64,000 nt of DNA from Catajapyx aquilonaris (taxonomy: Eukaryota), in the NCBI GenBank assembly GCA_000934665.2, contig KZ538358.1, positions 1 through 64,000 on the forward strand, given 5' to 3'. The notes beneath the pieces are model-generated. The model did not search any database. It was not told the DNA's origin and worked only from the letters and a program-made list of their open reading frames with translations. Below are positions 47,259 through 59,721 of this stretch, in pieces (position 1 is the stretch's first letter; each line of letters starts with the position of its first letter). The position numbers were made by a program, and so were the translations under genes.

Positions 47259-47855
47259 AAAAAGTACAGTAAAATGAAAGCAAAGAGTTCCAGGCAAAAC
47301 AAACTTCCACCCTAAAGAGCCGATGGCTGATAAGGGGTATGAATTATTACTGGTATGCCACTGTTTGCAGAGTAATACAGTGAATTGCCTAGAGTGGTTT
47401 TCATTCAGTTTATCAATTCAGACAACACTTCCAAGTGACCAATCTGTAGCCTACCATTCAACTATCAGCACAATAAGACAGTAAAATGGACTAGATACTC
47501 AGAAAATATTTGCTTATGTTGATGCCAAAAAAACACTTCAACGAGATTGCTCCTCCCAGGAAAGAAGGTCCACTTTTTGCTAAGGGACCCAACTTCAGAT
47601 GGGGCTGTCTATTATGTTGCCTTTTCCCTTCGTTTGATGATAAAATATGTGCCTTATAATTAATGTTTCTCCCACAATTGGATTCTAGATTATACTGTAT
47701 ATAGAATCTTGTTTCATTCTAGATGGTAAATTCACACCTTGAATCAATCATTCCATGCATCAGTTGCACTTCAAGCAACATATCTGCAGCAATATAGGGC
47801 GTGGAAATGTGTAAAATCAGAAACACCTCCACCTGTTTGTCAAAATATGCTAATA

Positions 47856-49130
47856 CAGTGAAACCTGCCCATTACGTACCCTGGGTATAGCGGAAACCTA
47901 TCCATTGCGGAAATTTTTCTGGGAATGGGCATATGCATAGGCATGCAATGTGTTTTTTGACGGATATTACGGAACTTGTCCAACGTGGAAAAGGAAGGGA
48001 TGTTTGGCTCCCTTCAGAAAAAATCTCTGTCCATAACAGAAATCAAAAGGTTTACATTATCTTCTGCGAGTCACAAAAATAGAAACTACAGGCGGGTTCA
48101 CTCTCGTCCCTCCCAGGCGGCCTCACTCCCTTTCTGCATGATCCAACATCATACTGTGTCTCATAATTACTGGAATTGCTACCGGCCAGTGGCCTTGTAG
48201 ATAAAAAGTGAGGAAAGGGGCCCTTGGCCCTCCCACAAGCCGTCTTTCCATTTTCCAAAATTAGTAATTTTGGTTGGAAAATGGAAAGACGGCTTGCGGG
48301 AGGACCAAGAAGATTTTGACTCGTGATTTGTAAGTGCCCTGCCTTCAAGTTTATTTCACTGTTCAGTCCAGTTTTAAAATGTCAGGGAAAAGGAAGGGGT
48401 TGACACAGGCCCAACGTATTGCCCATGTCTTGGCTGATGGGGTCCAATAGAGCAGGCAAAATTAATAGTCGAAAAACTTGGTGAGGCAAAATTTAGTGCT
48501 TCAAATGAGTGGCTGGAAAGTTTCCGCAACAGATACAGAATTTCATGGAAAACAGCGTGTGGTGATGCAAGTGTCGTGAATCTCAGAGACATAGAAAATT
48601 GAGGTGTTGACAGGAAAAACAACGGGTGTCCAAAATTTTCATACGAGCACGAGATTATCGGGCGCAGCCTGTGTCATTTTTCCAAGTAATATTTTAAAAA
48701 GATTCCAAGTCTCATAAAGAAGTCACTGTAACGCTTGAAAACCTAGTAATAAAATCCAACAAGGAGTGTTTTTTGTCTTTTTCTCAAAATCATGCTTTTG
48801 TGATATCTGTTGTTTTTCCTATCAACGCCTCAATTGGAAGAAGGTGTGAAGCGTTTGTTCGGGGTATTCCAAGGAGGGCATTTTCAACTGCAATGAAACT
48901 GCCATTTTTAGATGTGCTGTACGCTGGACAAAACAGACTATTCCACAAATATGCTACTTTATGGACTGCATCATATTGAGGTAAGATGATGATTTTTGCT
49001 CTCCCATTTTCCCCTCTGTCTCATCGGTAAAAAATGTCGGTAACGTCCTGGATCTGAATATAGCAGACACCTATCCATTACGGAAAAGTTTTGGGGTCCC
49101 TTGTGAATCTGCAATACACAGGTTTCACTG
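47856..49130 (+). mobile_element. Tigger/pogo transposon remnant
   Basis: TA-CAGTGAAACCTG...CAGGTTTCACTG-TA ends. Plus-strand fragments FSASNEWLESFRNRYRI (CENP-B HTH-like) and FNCNETA (decayed FN.DETG). Confidence 0.85.
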
Positions 49131-49358
49131 TATCATGCCTGCGGTTGATTACTTTATGAAGCACTTTTGTGAGTTCTAGTCAAAATTGCAAATCCCTACT
49201 CTAGATACCCCCATGCATCATCCACCCAAGGCACACTCCCTGATGTCCAGCCAATGATAATACAGCATTAATCTCCCCAGTACAGATCTGCCGTCAGATG
49301 TAAGAAGACCGTAAACGGTCTTTTTGCATCTGACGGCAGAGATAGTGTTTAGCACATA

Positions 49359-49917
49359 CCGTATTACCTCTCATATTGCGGGACGCCGGTATAAAACGAG
49401 GTCGACCAGCATGCCGGTATAACCCGGGGGTGGCCGTCATGCGGCGATAACCGAGGTAGATTTCCATAATTTTGATCCTTGCCAAATTTTTTTGAATGCT
49501 TCTGGTACAATACTAAAATAATAATGAAAATGGGCGAGTGTACAGGCTGTGAGAATGTGTCAGTTCTGTTGCACAGGGCATTTAAAAAATGTAGATTGTG
49601 TGACCAATCCCATCGTCAGCCTGTTTTGACAGGGGAACCCCCTGCTCTAACATACTGTTTAAATAGAGATTATTGCCAAACACTGCGATTGAAAACAATA
49701 TATGGAATGGGCACCCTATATGGAAAATGTGCCTTTTCGATAGCCTTTACGTGAATTTCGATTTTCAGGTAAATAATGTCAAGTTCAGAAAGGATAATGT
49801 AACTTATGTGAAAACCTCGCCTTATACCGGCATGCCGGTATAGCCACCAGATCATGCATTTAAAAAAACTGGTCGACCTCGCCTACACCGGCATGCGCAA
49901 TATGAGAGGCAAAACGG
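49359..49917. mobile_element. TA-CCG-terminated Tc1/mariner-type MITE
   Basis: CCGTATTACCTCTCATATTGCG..GAGGTCGACCAG and inverted CTGGTCGACCTC..CGCAATATGAGAGGCAAAACGG. Confidence 0.8.
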
Positions 49918-50641
49918 TAATTAACAGAGTACTAATATATAGCTGCAGATTGCCCTGCTCTGATTATCTAGTCATAGCAGACCCACATGTAAGTAGAGTT
50001 GCATTCCCATGCACATGAGACAATATTGAAGGAGCTGATTAGATTGCTGTGATTGATACTATTGATCACGCTGGATTAGGGATTAAAATAAACACTGTGA
50101 GGGCCAATGATTATGGATCCTAAAGTCAGGTGATAAAAATGGCTTCCCATTTTTGCATGCCAAAAAATATTAATTTTCGACTGATTCATCTCGTGGAGAA
50201 ATGAAAGCTTATTTGGACCTTATTTCTGCGCAGAAATGCTTTATAGGTCACACCATAGATTTTATCAAGGTATTCAAAATCTCATCAATTCATCATGGTT
50301 TTATCATCATCCATTTTTGTTAAAATCTTGTTTGAAATGCCAATTAAGGCTCACATTTCCCTAGGAAAGTCACCCCCCACCCCAACCCCATATTACAATC
50401 AATATGGGGTTGGGGTGGGGGGTTTTAAATATCTGATACATTGAAGAGTCACTGTCATTATACCAGATGGGCTTCTCCCTCATTTCAATAAATGTTGAAG
50501 AAACATTTGATGCAGGGCATGACATATCTGCTATTAATAATAAAAGTCATTTTAATTGTGGAAAAGTTCTGTCACAGATCTTCTGTGTATGCCACTGGTA
50601 TATATTATGCACTGCTTTGCCAATTTTTAACACTCAAAATT

Positions 50642-52139
50642 CTAGTAGCACCTCCTTGATGATTCGGGATACCTTTCCTTCAGTTCAGTCTTGAATTGCC
50701 TGAAGAGCATCCTGTTCCGCTCTTGATCCACTTCCTTCCCTGCATGAAAACCATCTCTGGTCTTCCAACCTCTATGCACCAAAAATGCATTACCTCCCAG
50801 GACTGAGAACCTCCACCCAGCTACATGCAGTTCACATGCATGGCTCACGCGGTTAAATCCATACTGCCGGAAACGCTCATCATAGAAAGGTGCCCATGAC
50901 CTTGCTATATGAAATGGTTCCCAAGGATCTTTCCACAACACCTCAAATAAAGGTGACACACTGCCTGTGTCACGTTCCCAAGCAGTGTAATCAGTGTTAG
51001 CTTGGCATCGCCAACAAAGTTCCTGGTAGAAAGGTCGCGCATCACCAGCATGGACTTGTGATAATAACTCAAGCTTTCGACGGGGAATGGTGGATCGCGA
51101 TTCGTATGCTGGTAGGACATACACTGTTTTCTCACTTCGCCGTGTTGGGTTAAACAGGCGTGCATCCCGGGCGTAGTGCAAAAATGACTCCCGTAAATCA
51201 GCACTTGGGACTAGATCAACATCTACCACTAGATGAAACTCACTCTGTGCATTTCGACGTGCAACATTCCGCAGCAAGTTAGTTGGGTAAGGGACATCAT
51301 AGGAATATGATACATCAGACTCACGTCGCAGCAGTGCTTCACGTACAGTGTCACATGACTCAAAAGGGGGTGTAACAGTAGGTGTAGAGTCACCTGAGTT
51401 TAGTGGCACAACAACATGCACTGTCAGATTGGCACGCATTAAAGGCCAGCATCGTCGCAGGCCTTCTATTGCTGAGACAGTGTCAGTGACTTCAGACCGT
51501 CTAGGTATAAAAATAGCAGCAGAGACAGGTCCACTCCAGAGCTGAGCTAACTCCAAAAGGTTCCAGAGATGGTTTGGTGAACTCTGAGTGACTAAAGTGA
51601 CATCCTGTGTCAATGTGGTGCTTGGTCCAGGGGCAGCCCAGGGGCGGTGATGTGGCCAGGGTGGTAGGGCCCAACCATGAGACAGGCGTTCCACCACTCT
51701 GTATTCTCCACTGCTGTCGAGGACTCCACCTACACAGGCCTCCCGAACCATGTCTTTAAGACTTGTCTTTGCCTGATGAAACAAATAAAGTCTTACAATG
51801 CAATGCTTGTTTTAAAGAGGGTAAGAACACCCCATATAATTTATCATGCACATTCATTTATTATATGGTGGATAATCACTCCATTATTCTACCAAATTTG
51901 GCTTGAACTATGCAATAGCTTGCCTGTTCAGTGTGTCCATTCCCTGTACTTCCTCCTCCTCCTCCTCCTCCAGATGATGAAGAAAACCTTGGGGCCCTGG
52001 TGTCTGGGTCAACCATCTTCCTCTGCCTAGCATCTAGCCTGGACAGAAGGAGTAGATGCAAGCCCTGCAATACCACCACCAGGGCCACCAGAAAGAGGAC
52101 CAGGCGTCCAAATGCTGCTTGGGGGGCGCACACCCACAT
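50642..52139 (-). CDS. B4GAT1: Beta-1,4-glucuronyltransferase 1 (GT49 family, type II membrane, about 448 aa); exons 52139-51924 and 51772-50642
   Basis: N-terminal TM segment (LVLFLVALVVVLQGLHLLLL), YPTNLLRNVAR, DxD motif VVDVDLVP, WEPF, YDERFRQYGFNRVSHACELHVAG, AFLVHRG. The exon join uses CAG|GCAAGC (GC donor). Confidence 0.88.
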
Positions 52140-52483
52140 TTTCTCTCCAGTGAGCTCTATCACATGACTCTTCCTGGTTTCTTCCGTCTACTTGAAAAAA
52201 AATTTAAATGAAAAAACCTATTTTGATGTTAAAGGTTTGCTTCCTTACATGCTGATACCTAATGCAAATAATGCAAACATATTGCAATTGTAGGAACTAC
52301 TGGCAAATTCCTATCAGATAATAACAGCTTATTACGCTGCTTAAACTATAGCTTTGGGATTGGGGAATGGCACCATTATGAAACCAACAAACATCACTAC
52401 ATGTGTTGTGTGTCTCTACCTTTTCATAGAAACCAAAATCTGACATTACAGCTTATTGACAGGAAGGATCACATGTCGTGAGG

Positions 52484-52640
52484 CAGTGATGTAGCTAGTG
52501 GGGTTCAAGGTCACACGAGTTTAGGTGAATGTGGGAGATTTCAATGGGTGTGTATTTATGGGAAGTTTGAAACATGATTTTTTTTTAATCCACAAGTTTC
52601 CACCCCCCCCCCCCCCCCCCCCNCCTCAGCTACGTCACTG
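52484..52640. mobile_element. hAT-like MITE with 8-bp TSD
   Basis: CAGTGATGTAGCT/AGCTACGTCACTG ends; TSD TCGTGAGG at 52476-52483 and 52641-52648. Confidence 0.85.
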
Positions 52641-53269
52641 TCGTGAGGGAAGTTGCATAAGTGTGGTCCTTTGAAATGATAAGGTGACACAAATCTTGGC
52701 TGGGATAGCTAATATGAGGAACAAAATTTAAAGATTTTCACGAATGTACTATATGATGTTATCCACATGGCATGAAGCATGCTCACTGACCTATTTTTGG
52801 TCCATATGAATGTGCCCCTTGCATAAAGGCAACTCCTGAACGGTTCCTTCAGTGGTAAAACTAACTCAACACCACATTACATCTGTCAGCTACACAACGG
52901 AAAATGAAATTCCGCCAATCTCATACTGGACAGTGCCAGAGAGATTTCAACCTATGTGCCTCAACGCGAAAACAGCATTAGCCGCTCAAGAGCTATCCCA
53001 ACTTCCATTGACGGAATGTCCTTAGCTTGCTAGAAACATCATTCAATTGATTAGAAAACCAGCAATCTATTGTCACACTTGTAATATAAAATTATTGGGT
53101 GGTACCTGTCTCCTTTGCACTGCACACGTGACCTAAGTACTGGGGCATAATCCTATCATCAGACAGTGACCTCGTCACCTCGACATATGTCAACGACAAA
53201 GTGTCTCCCCAGCATTAGAACTTCCCTAATGCCCTACAAGCTTTCAAAAGTTATGGACAACGTGAGGTG

Positions 53270-54161
53270 TTACTTACGCCGGTTTACTTGCCACCGGCAT
53301 GGCAAGGTTGCATGAGTTTCCAACATTCAAGCCATCCTCTTGAGTCATTCAAGTCCACACAGACAAACTATGGCACCAAACTAATATTGTCCACTCTGAT
53401 TTTCATTAAAATTTTCCTTCCACCTGGACAAATCGTGGGCATTCTACGTGCATACGGCCATTAGATCTAACATTAATTAACGCTTGATCTACCGTCAAGA
53501 CACTAATCAATACCGTTCCATGTTGCCCAAGCGAAATTTACATTGGTGGCGCCATTTTTGGCATTCCGATTTTTTAGTTATTTCTCTTTATTGAAAGTAC
53601 AACATTCTAAGTAAAATTAATATCCAATAATTGTAGTATTTCTGTTCCTAATTCACATTTTACATTCAAAATTTTAAAGCCTGAAAGAGCAAAATTATAT
53701 CAAGTTGCCAAGTGCAACAAACGCATGCCCGCGCATGCCTTTATTCGACATTAAATATCAATAAAATATAGTTATTTAATTTTGATAATTACAAACATTT
53801 GGGCAGGTATCATATTTATTAACACATATCTATTTCAGAGCTTAAAATTTAAACTGTGCATTAGAAATTCCATGCGTAGAGTATGTAACATACTGCGCAT
53901 ATGACGTCACGTAGAGTTCATAGCTTGTGAACGAATCAGAAGAAGCGTCAAGGGAGGGCCAAGCTCCTTGAGCCAGCCCTCTTCAAATCATCTGGCAACT
54001 CTGTTAAATCAGCCGTCCTTTCCGGTCTGTCACTTCCGCCGCCATTTTGGTGTAGAAGCGTGTTCGTCAGGTCGCCTACTCTAGCCGTCGCCTGTCGTTT
54101 GCTCACATCCGTACCGGACGCTCCTGCTTGATTCTCCTAACCAGCCAACCATACCAGAGTC
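53270..54161. promoter_or_regulatory. Bidirectional promoter of B4GAT1 and RpS29
   Basis: CpG-rich. CRE TGACGTCA at 53902-53909; GCGCATGC NRF1-like motif near 53730; YY1-type GCCATTTT near 53551 and 54041; pyrimidine tract CCTTTCC near 54017; minus-strand GTAAGT donor at 53277-53272. Confidence 0.6.
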
Positions 54162-56538
54162 ATGGGAGCCAAGAGTCTGTGGTGTTCTCACCCCAACAAG
54201 TTCGGACAAGGATCCAGGGCATGGTACGAATCGTGTGCGAACACGTTGTATGTAATGCGTGGTTTCAAACATGGCTACTAACCTTACATTTCGTTTGCTC
54301 TGGTGAGGCTCCGTATGAATTTGGGCGTTGGGCTGAGTCTTATGTTAGCCTTGACCATTTTCATAATTATGCACAGCACGCATGGTACCTCTTGCGCGTA
54401 ATCTTTTAGTGCCGGACAGCTCTTTTGTAATGGTTAAAGCCCATGGGCCGAATTCAGAGAGGTTGCTTAACGTAAACGCGCCCGATTAAATCCTTTAGTC
54501 ATCCTCGATTAGCAAATTTAACCAACCTGCTAATACAAAGACGGCGATTAGCGCTAAACGCCCCCTAATCGCACTTGCTAGCACTTTTAAATTTGCTAAT
54601 CGAGGATGACTAAAGGATTTAATCGGGCGCGTTTACGTTAAGCAGCCTCTCTGAATTCGGCCCCATATTTGTAACTATTAAATGGTTACTCTCTCCGAGT
54701 TAACCCTGGAACCGTGCCGTGGGGTCTTCTTAGACCCCAAGGAAAAATGCATTAAAATGATAATTACAATGAACTTTTGCCATATTTTTTACAGTATATA
54801 ACAGGAAGTGCAGGTTTATTTTGAATTAGCGATCCTTTTAGGCATTGTTCAAAGAATGCTTGTATATAGTCAATACATTGAAGTATTATATAATAATTAA
54901 TAAAAATTAAAATATGGTGGGGTCCGAAAAGACCCCATGGCACAGTTGCCGTAATACTCGTAGGCATGGCACGGTTCCAGGGTTAAAAATGCTTTAAATA
55001 ATGCATCTGCATTGGGCCCTAGTATCAGGCGTTATGTTAAAAATGCTGGTAGCTCCAGTTAAAATGCATGGTAAATTGAAGCCATCATCACTCAAGTCGC
55101 CTAGGTGCTACTGTTGCTCAAAGTGTGTTCCCAAGCTCACAAGAACGAGATTTTTCAAGCAGTTTCAGAACTTTTTGGTATGAGTGAGAGTCAACTAGGG
55201 TTCCACAATCTTGTTTCAGTTCTTTCACACATGCTTTCACTACCACAGATTCTTACCAGCTTGGGACCACATGGCATCTTGCAGCAACAGCATGCTCCCA
55301 CGAGCTTCAAACTTGGAAAATAATTTCTTCCACTTGGAATCTCAAAATTGATTCCAACTTTCATATGCATTATTTGGTTTTTTTAAGCATACAATTTAAA
55401 GTTTTTATACTTGAGACGGTGGCCTTTTTAGTGTCCTTGACCCATTTGTGCACATTTCTGCCTGCATGGGCATTCCCATCTTTCATTTCGTGTTGGGTTG
55501 GGTTGTCTCTGGCTTCGCACAGGGTGGGATTTGCACTTAGATTTAGACTAACCACCCAGGGGAACTCACAAAAAGACCAGTCGCAAAAGACATTGCACTT
55601 ACACCTCCCCTCTTGCCCACCCACGCCAACAAACCCAGGCATTTTGCCGAGAATGGACCCTCGAAACTATCCCTGATGAAGAAAATAGATGTTAGTGCAA
55701 AAACCTTGGAGGTATATACTACGCCCATTTAAAAAGTTAAATAGAAATAATTATCTTTGGAAGTGAGTTGTATACTTCAAGCCCTCCTTTGGTTTACCAG
55801 TAGTGGCTTTTGCCCAGTCAAAAGGTTAGGCTTGGTGGCAAGAGTGATCGACACAGGCTTACAAAATCTGATGCCAGGGTTCTAAAATGCATCAATTGAC
55901 ATACTGTGTTTGGTGGTAGCTATGTGGTATCATGTGGCTCTATTAATTGCAGTAAAAACTAACAGTAAGGGAGGCGTGGTAGTCTAGTGGTTACGCCACT
56001 GGCTAGCCAAGCGGGAGGCCGGGGTTCAAATCCCATCCCAGTCACCTCTGCTTGGCCGGGTCTTTTTCCGCTTTTCACCTGACACGCCGGGGCAGCATTG
56101 CACTCCCTTAGCTGCCCGGGGCCAGAGAAAAGGTCTGGTGTATCTGAGAGAGTCGTGAGTGACTATAAACCGAGGATGCCCCCCCTTGGGAACCTTTCCC
56201 TCCCCCCAAAACGAGCCGAATGGCTCGAGCACAGGGTAATAATAATAATAATAATTTAAAAAAACTAACAGTACTTACTTTTGGAATGCAACAATAGTTT
56301 ATGTGCCTTAGAGTGTTACAATCACTTGTAAGCATGATTTCTAATGCATCGTGACTGTTTTCACAACAGCCGTGCCTGTGCCAACCGTCATGGGATCATC
56401 AGGCGGTATGGGATCAACCTGTGCCGGCAGTGCTTCCGAGAGTATGCCTGTGATATTGGGTTCCGGAAGGTAACAAATTTTTTATATAGGTGTTGTTGGG
56501 TGTTACTACTTTTGATCTTTTCTTTACAGTACGAATAA
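54162..56538 (+). CDS. RPS29: 40S ribosomal protein S29 (uS14)-like, divergent, 56 aa; exons 54162-54223, 56370-56469, 56530-56538
   Basis: [56 protein letters not shown], with a CxxC...CxxC zinc finger. Coding exons of 62/100/9 nt; AATAAA near 56594. Confidence 0.92.
54445..54663. mobile_element. Young palindromic MITE (GGGCC termini, PIF/Harbinger-like) in RpS29 intron 1
   Basis: About 75-bp near-perfect TIRs; 3-bp duplication CAT. Confidence 0.88.
54700..54986. mobile_element. piggyBac-like MITE
   Basis: TTAA-CCCTGGAACCGTGCC ... GGCACGGTTCCAGGG-TTAA. Confidence 0.88.
55968..56255 (+). mobile_element. tRNA-derived SINE (third family)
   Basis: A box TAGTCTAGTGG, B box GGTTCAAATCC, terminal hairpin GAGCC-GAAT-GGCTC, (TAA)n tail. 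Confidence 0.8.
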
Positions 56539-56714
56539 CACAGGAAGGCCAGTGGACCACCTCCAGGGGAAGACGATGGAGGCAGCCTTGTACAATAAAA
56601 AAGAAGGAATTTAACTTTTGTAATTATTTCCGGGGAAAGAAAGGCACACCTGCAATGTCTTTGCGTGAAGTGTAGGTAGTTTTCATGGTGACCCGAGATA
56701 TGTTAGTGGTGTCT

Positions 56715-57373
56715 ATAGGCAGCCCACGATAACTTCCAAATGACGTCATTGTTTTGTTTACCCATTCCTAGTCAACAGAAATATGCCGAACACACCTCTG
56801 CAACCTCCCATTGTCAAGTTTCCACAGAGATGCCCTCATGCAACAATTGACGTAAAAATTGCCAAACAAATACCTTAATTGTTGTATGAGGGGATGTCCA
56901 TGGCAACTTTTTTTTAAATGTTTATTTATTTTACGCCGTGATACAACTGTAAGTCGGTATAGGGGGGTGGGATACCACCATCAGTTTGCTAGTATTTTTT
57001 ATACTTTTTTTTCTTTGTTCTCCATGCATGGAAGTAACGAAATGGGGGTAGGGATAGGAATTTTTGGGGAGGGGGGACAAGTGCAAGTGCATTGTCGGAA
57101 ATGGGTCATGTGCAGTCCCCCTGAAGGCTAGGTTGCCAAGACACCTTAGGCGCGGGCCAGAGACCCACTGACGCAGGCAGAAGGTAACTCCCGGGTGGGG
57201 ATCGAACCTGGGACCTTCCGCACAGCAAGCTGAGACGTTACCACCACGCCTTCCCATCTCCATGGAAACTTGAAAATGGGAGGTTCCAGAGGTGTGTTTG
57301 GCATATTTCTGTTGACTAGGAATTGGTAAACAAAATGATGACATCATTTGGAAGTTATTATGGGCTGCCTATA
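56715..57373. mobile_element. Long-TIR MITE with a nested minus-strand tRNA-SINE (about 56909-57257)
   Basis: TATAGGCAGCCCA..ATAACTTCCAAATGA arms are inverted; the SINE is flanked by a TCCATGG(C/A)AACTT duplication. Confidence 0.8.
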
Positions 57374-59721
57374 TCTTGGGCTAAGGGTGGAAAGAAGAAT
57401 GGGAAGAAGCATATTATTTATGCATTGGTCAATGACATACATGCTGCCATGTTATTGATGTGGAAGGGATGAGTGCCCATTGAAAGTCCACATCTCAGGC
57501 TGATCTCAGTTGATATGAGAAAACCCTCTGTCCAACCCAGGGTTGAACTCAGGATCTCAGTGGAAGGCTGCAGTTGTGAGCTTGAGTGCCACCTTAACTG
57601 CACAGTTGATAACAGTTATATTTAAAACTAAGTCTCAAGGCCCACCTACCTAAAAGCCAGTATCCACGTAAGAGATCCTCGTATGCGAGTCCTCTTACGT
57701 GAGAAATCTTGTACGTCGAGACGGACTCTTTGTCGCCTTGGGGCCCCTCTTGTCTCTCTAAAAGGGGATTAAAGTTGAAAATTTTCAACTTTTCCTCTTT
57801 CCTTGTATCCGGGCATGCGCAGTTGGCTCCTCGTATGCGAGAAATCTCTAATGTGGATACCGGCCTTAAGACTGCTGGTAGCAAAACATAAGCATGACCT
57901 GCTAATTGGCATTGAGATTGGTCTGGTGTGTGTCTGCCATGCTTACATTTTTCTAGTGAAACACCCTGTAGTAACCTTGTGCAAATGGCCCTTCATAGTA
58001 CTCATTTTTGGGTTAGATGTAGATGAAGTATGGGAAAGCCTGTCATACTGAGATTGGGAGATCAAGGTAAAGCAGATTTTTTTTCAGAGGGAGAAAAAAA
58101 ATGCAACTAGCAAAATTGTTGGGCTTCCTTTTAATACTTAATTGGTACTTGATTTGCACCTTTGGATCATTTAAAAATAAGAATGAAAGTATTCATTTTC
58201 ATAATGATTTGAACTCTCCAGGTACATAAGAGTGAGATATACTGCAGAATATACGAGTATATACGAGTATGTCTTCCAGTTGGGAGAGGTTCCTTTGCAA
58301 ACAAGTTCTTAGGTTGGTTAGTTCAGTCAATGAGATGAACTTGAGCAAAGGAGGACGTGGAATATGGAGTTGAATGTTGAAACGAAGTGTGTATATTGCA
58401 TGAAGAAAAGCATTCCTTGCAAAATATCGCATGCACATTGAAAATATCAGTTTGTGCCATACCGGTACCTTGCTTGGAAGGCAGAAACTGGATAAAGTGC
58501 TAGTAAAAGTTGCATAGGGCATCCCAAAGAAATGTCAAATTGTGAGGATAGGATTATAAAATACAGTATGACTGCACCTCATTTGTCAACAGAAGAATGA
58601 CCCTTGACACATCTTATTTGTGTCAGGACTATGTCTATCCCGCCTTGCCCGCCGACCGGCCAATGAAACCTAACCAAACGTTTGCGAGACAGCTTAAGTT
58701 GATACAATGGCCTGCCCAATCCTATTTCTCCCAATGTAACTGCTATGAAGAGCTTGACAGCTATTAGAAAGGTAGCTCCAACCAGTTTCTATCTAATCAC
58801 AATGCTAAATTCCAAAGCGTTATTAAAATGCATCACTTTTGCAGGACCCGCTATAAGATCATAATTATGACTAAGGAACGGATTTTTAGGTTCTAAAAAA
58901 CCCTCAAATAGGTAGGCACTTAGGCTCTGAACAGTCAAAATAGGCTCTTAATAGGCGGTAAAAATCAAGCTGGTCCTAATTTATTATCATTTCTACACAA
59001 TACTACAGCCTACTCTTGCCCATGGAATTATGCGCCACAGTAACAAACTAGCAGTTGTTCCATATTTTCGTTGGTTAGTCGCAGTTATTCGGTGATGCCT
59101 GTCTGACAATACATTTCTATGCGCTGAAAATGACCTTTAGACGTCACACAAAGCTTCTGGATCATACTACATGCCTACAGCTTCTTCGCCCTTCACAGGT
59201 TGAAGTGGGAGAGATTCTTTGAATGGAAAACCTGCAGAACTCACGAAAATATTACGAAACGGCGTCAAAAAGGTGGAAATAGGTGCAAAATAGAAATAGG
59301 CGGTAATAGGTCCTTTAGGTCCCAACGTCCAAAACAGGCAATTCTAGGTTCTATAAAACTACGATTTTTGAGGTCCTTGTGTTATGAAACGGATAGATAT
59401 TTTGGTTCCGGTGTTCTGGCTACAGAATAAAAAGTAGGTAACAACTTAGAAATCCGTTCTCTAATTATGATTAATGATAATCCTGAATTGTGTTATATCA
59501 TGTGTGTGTAATATTATTCCACAAACTATTACGCCCCTTCAGGTAAGGTGAAGCAACGTTCAAGTGGGGTGACGGCCAGGTGGTATTATCTTTGTGAAGC
59601 AAGTGCCACTATCTTACCAATCTCCTTCTAGCAAAGGGATGAGTCAGACTGCGATAAGGAATATATGGATAGCTTCAAAATAAATACTGCGTTTTATTGT
59701 CACAGGAAGAAGTGGAAAACC

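Noticed and set aside
52163..52165. ATG-TGA start-stop element in the B4GAT1 leader
   Set aside because: A six-base feature is expected by chance, and its function cannot be judged from sequence alone.
52603..52625. Poly-C run containing an N
   Set aside because: Low-quality homopolymer inside a MITE.
54224..56369. Possible intronic snoRNA in RpS29
   Set aside because: No convincing C/D box pair with a terminal stem or H/ACA layout was seen; much of the intron is MITE or SINE.
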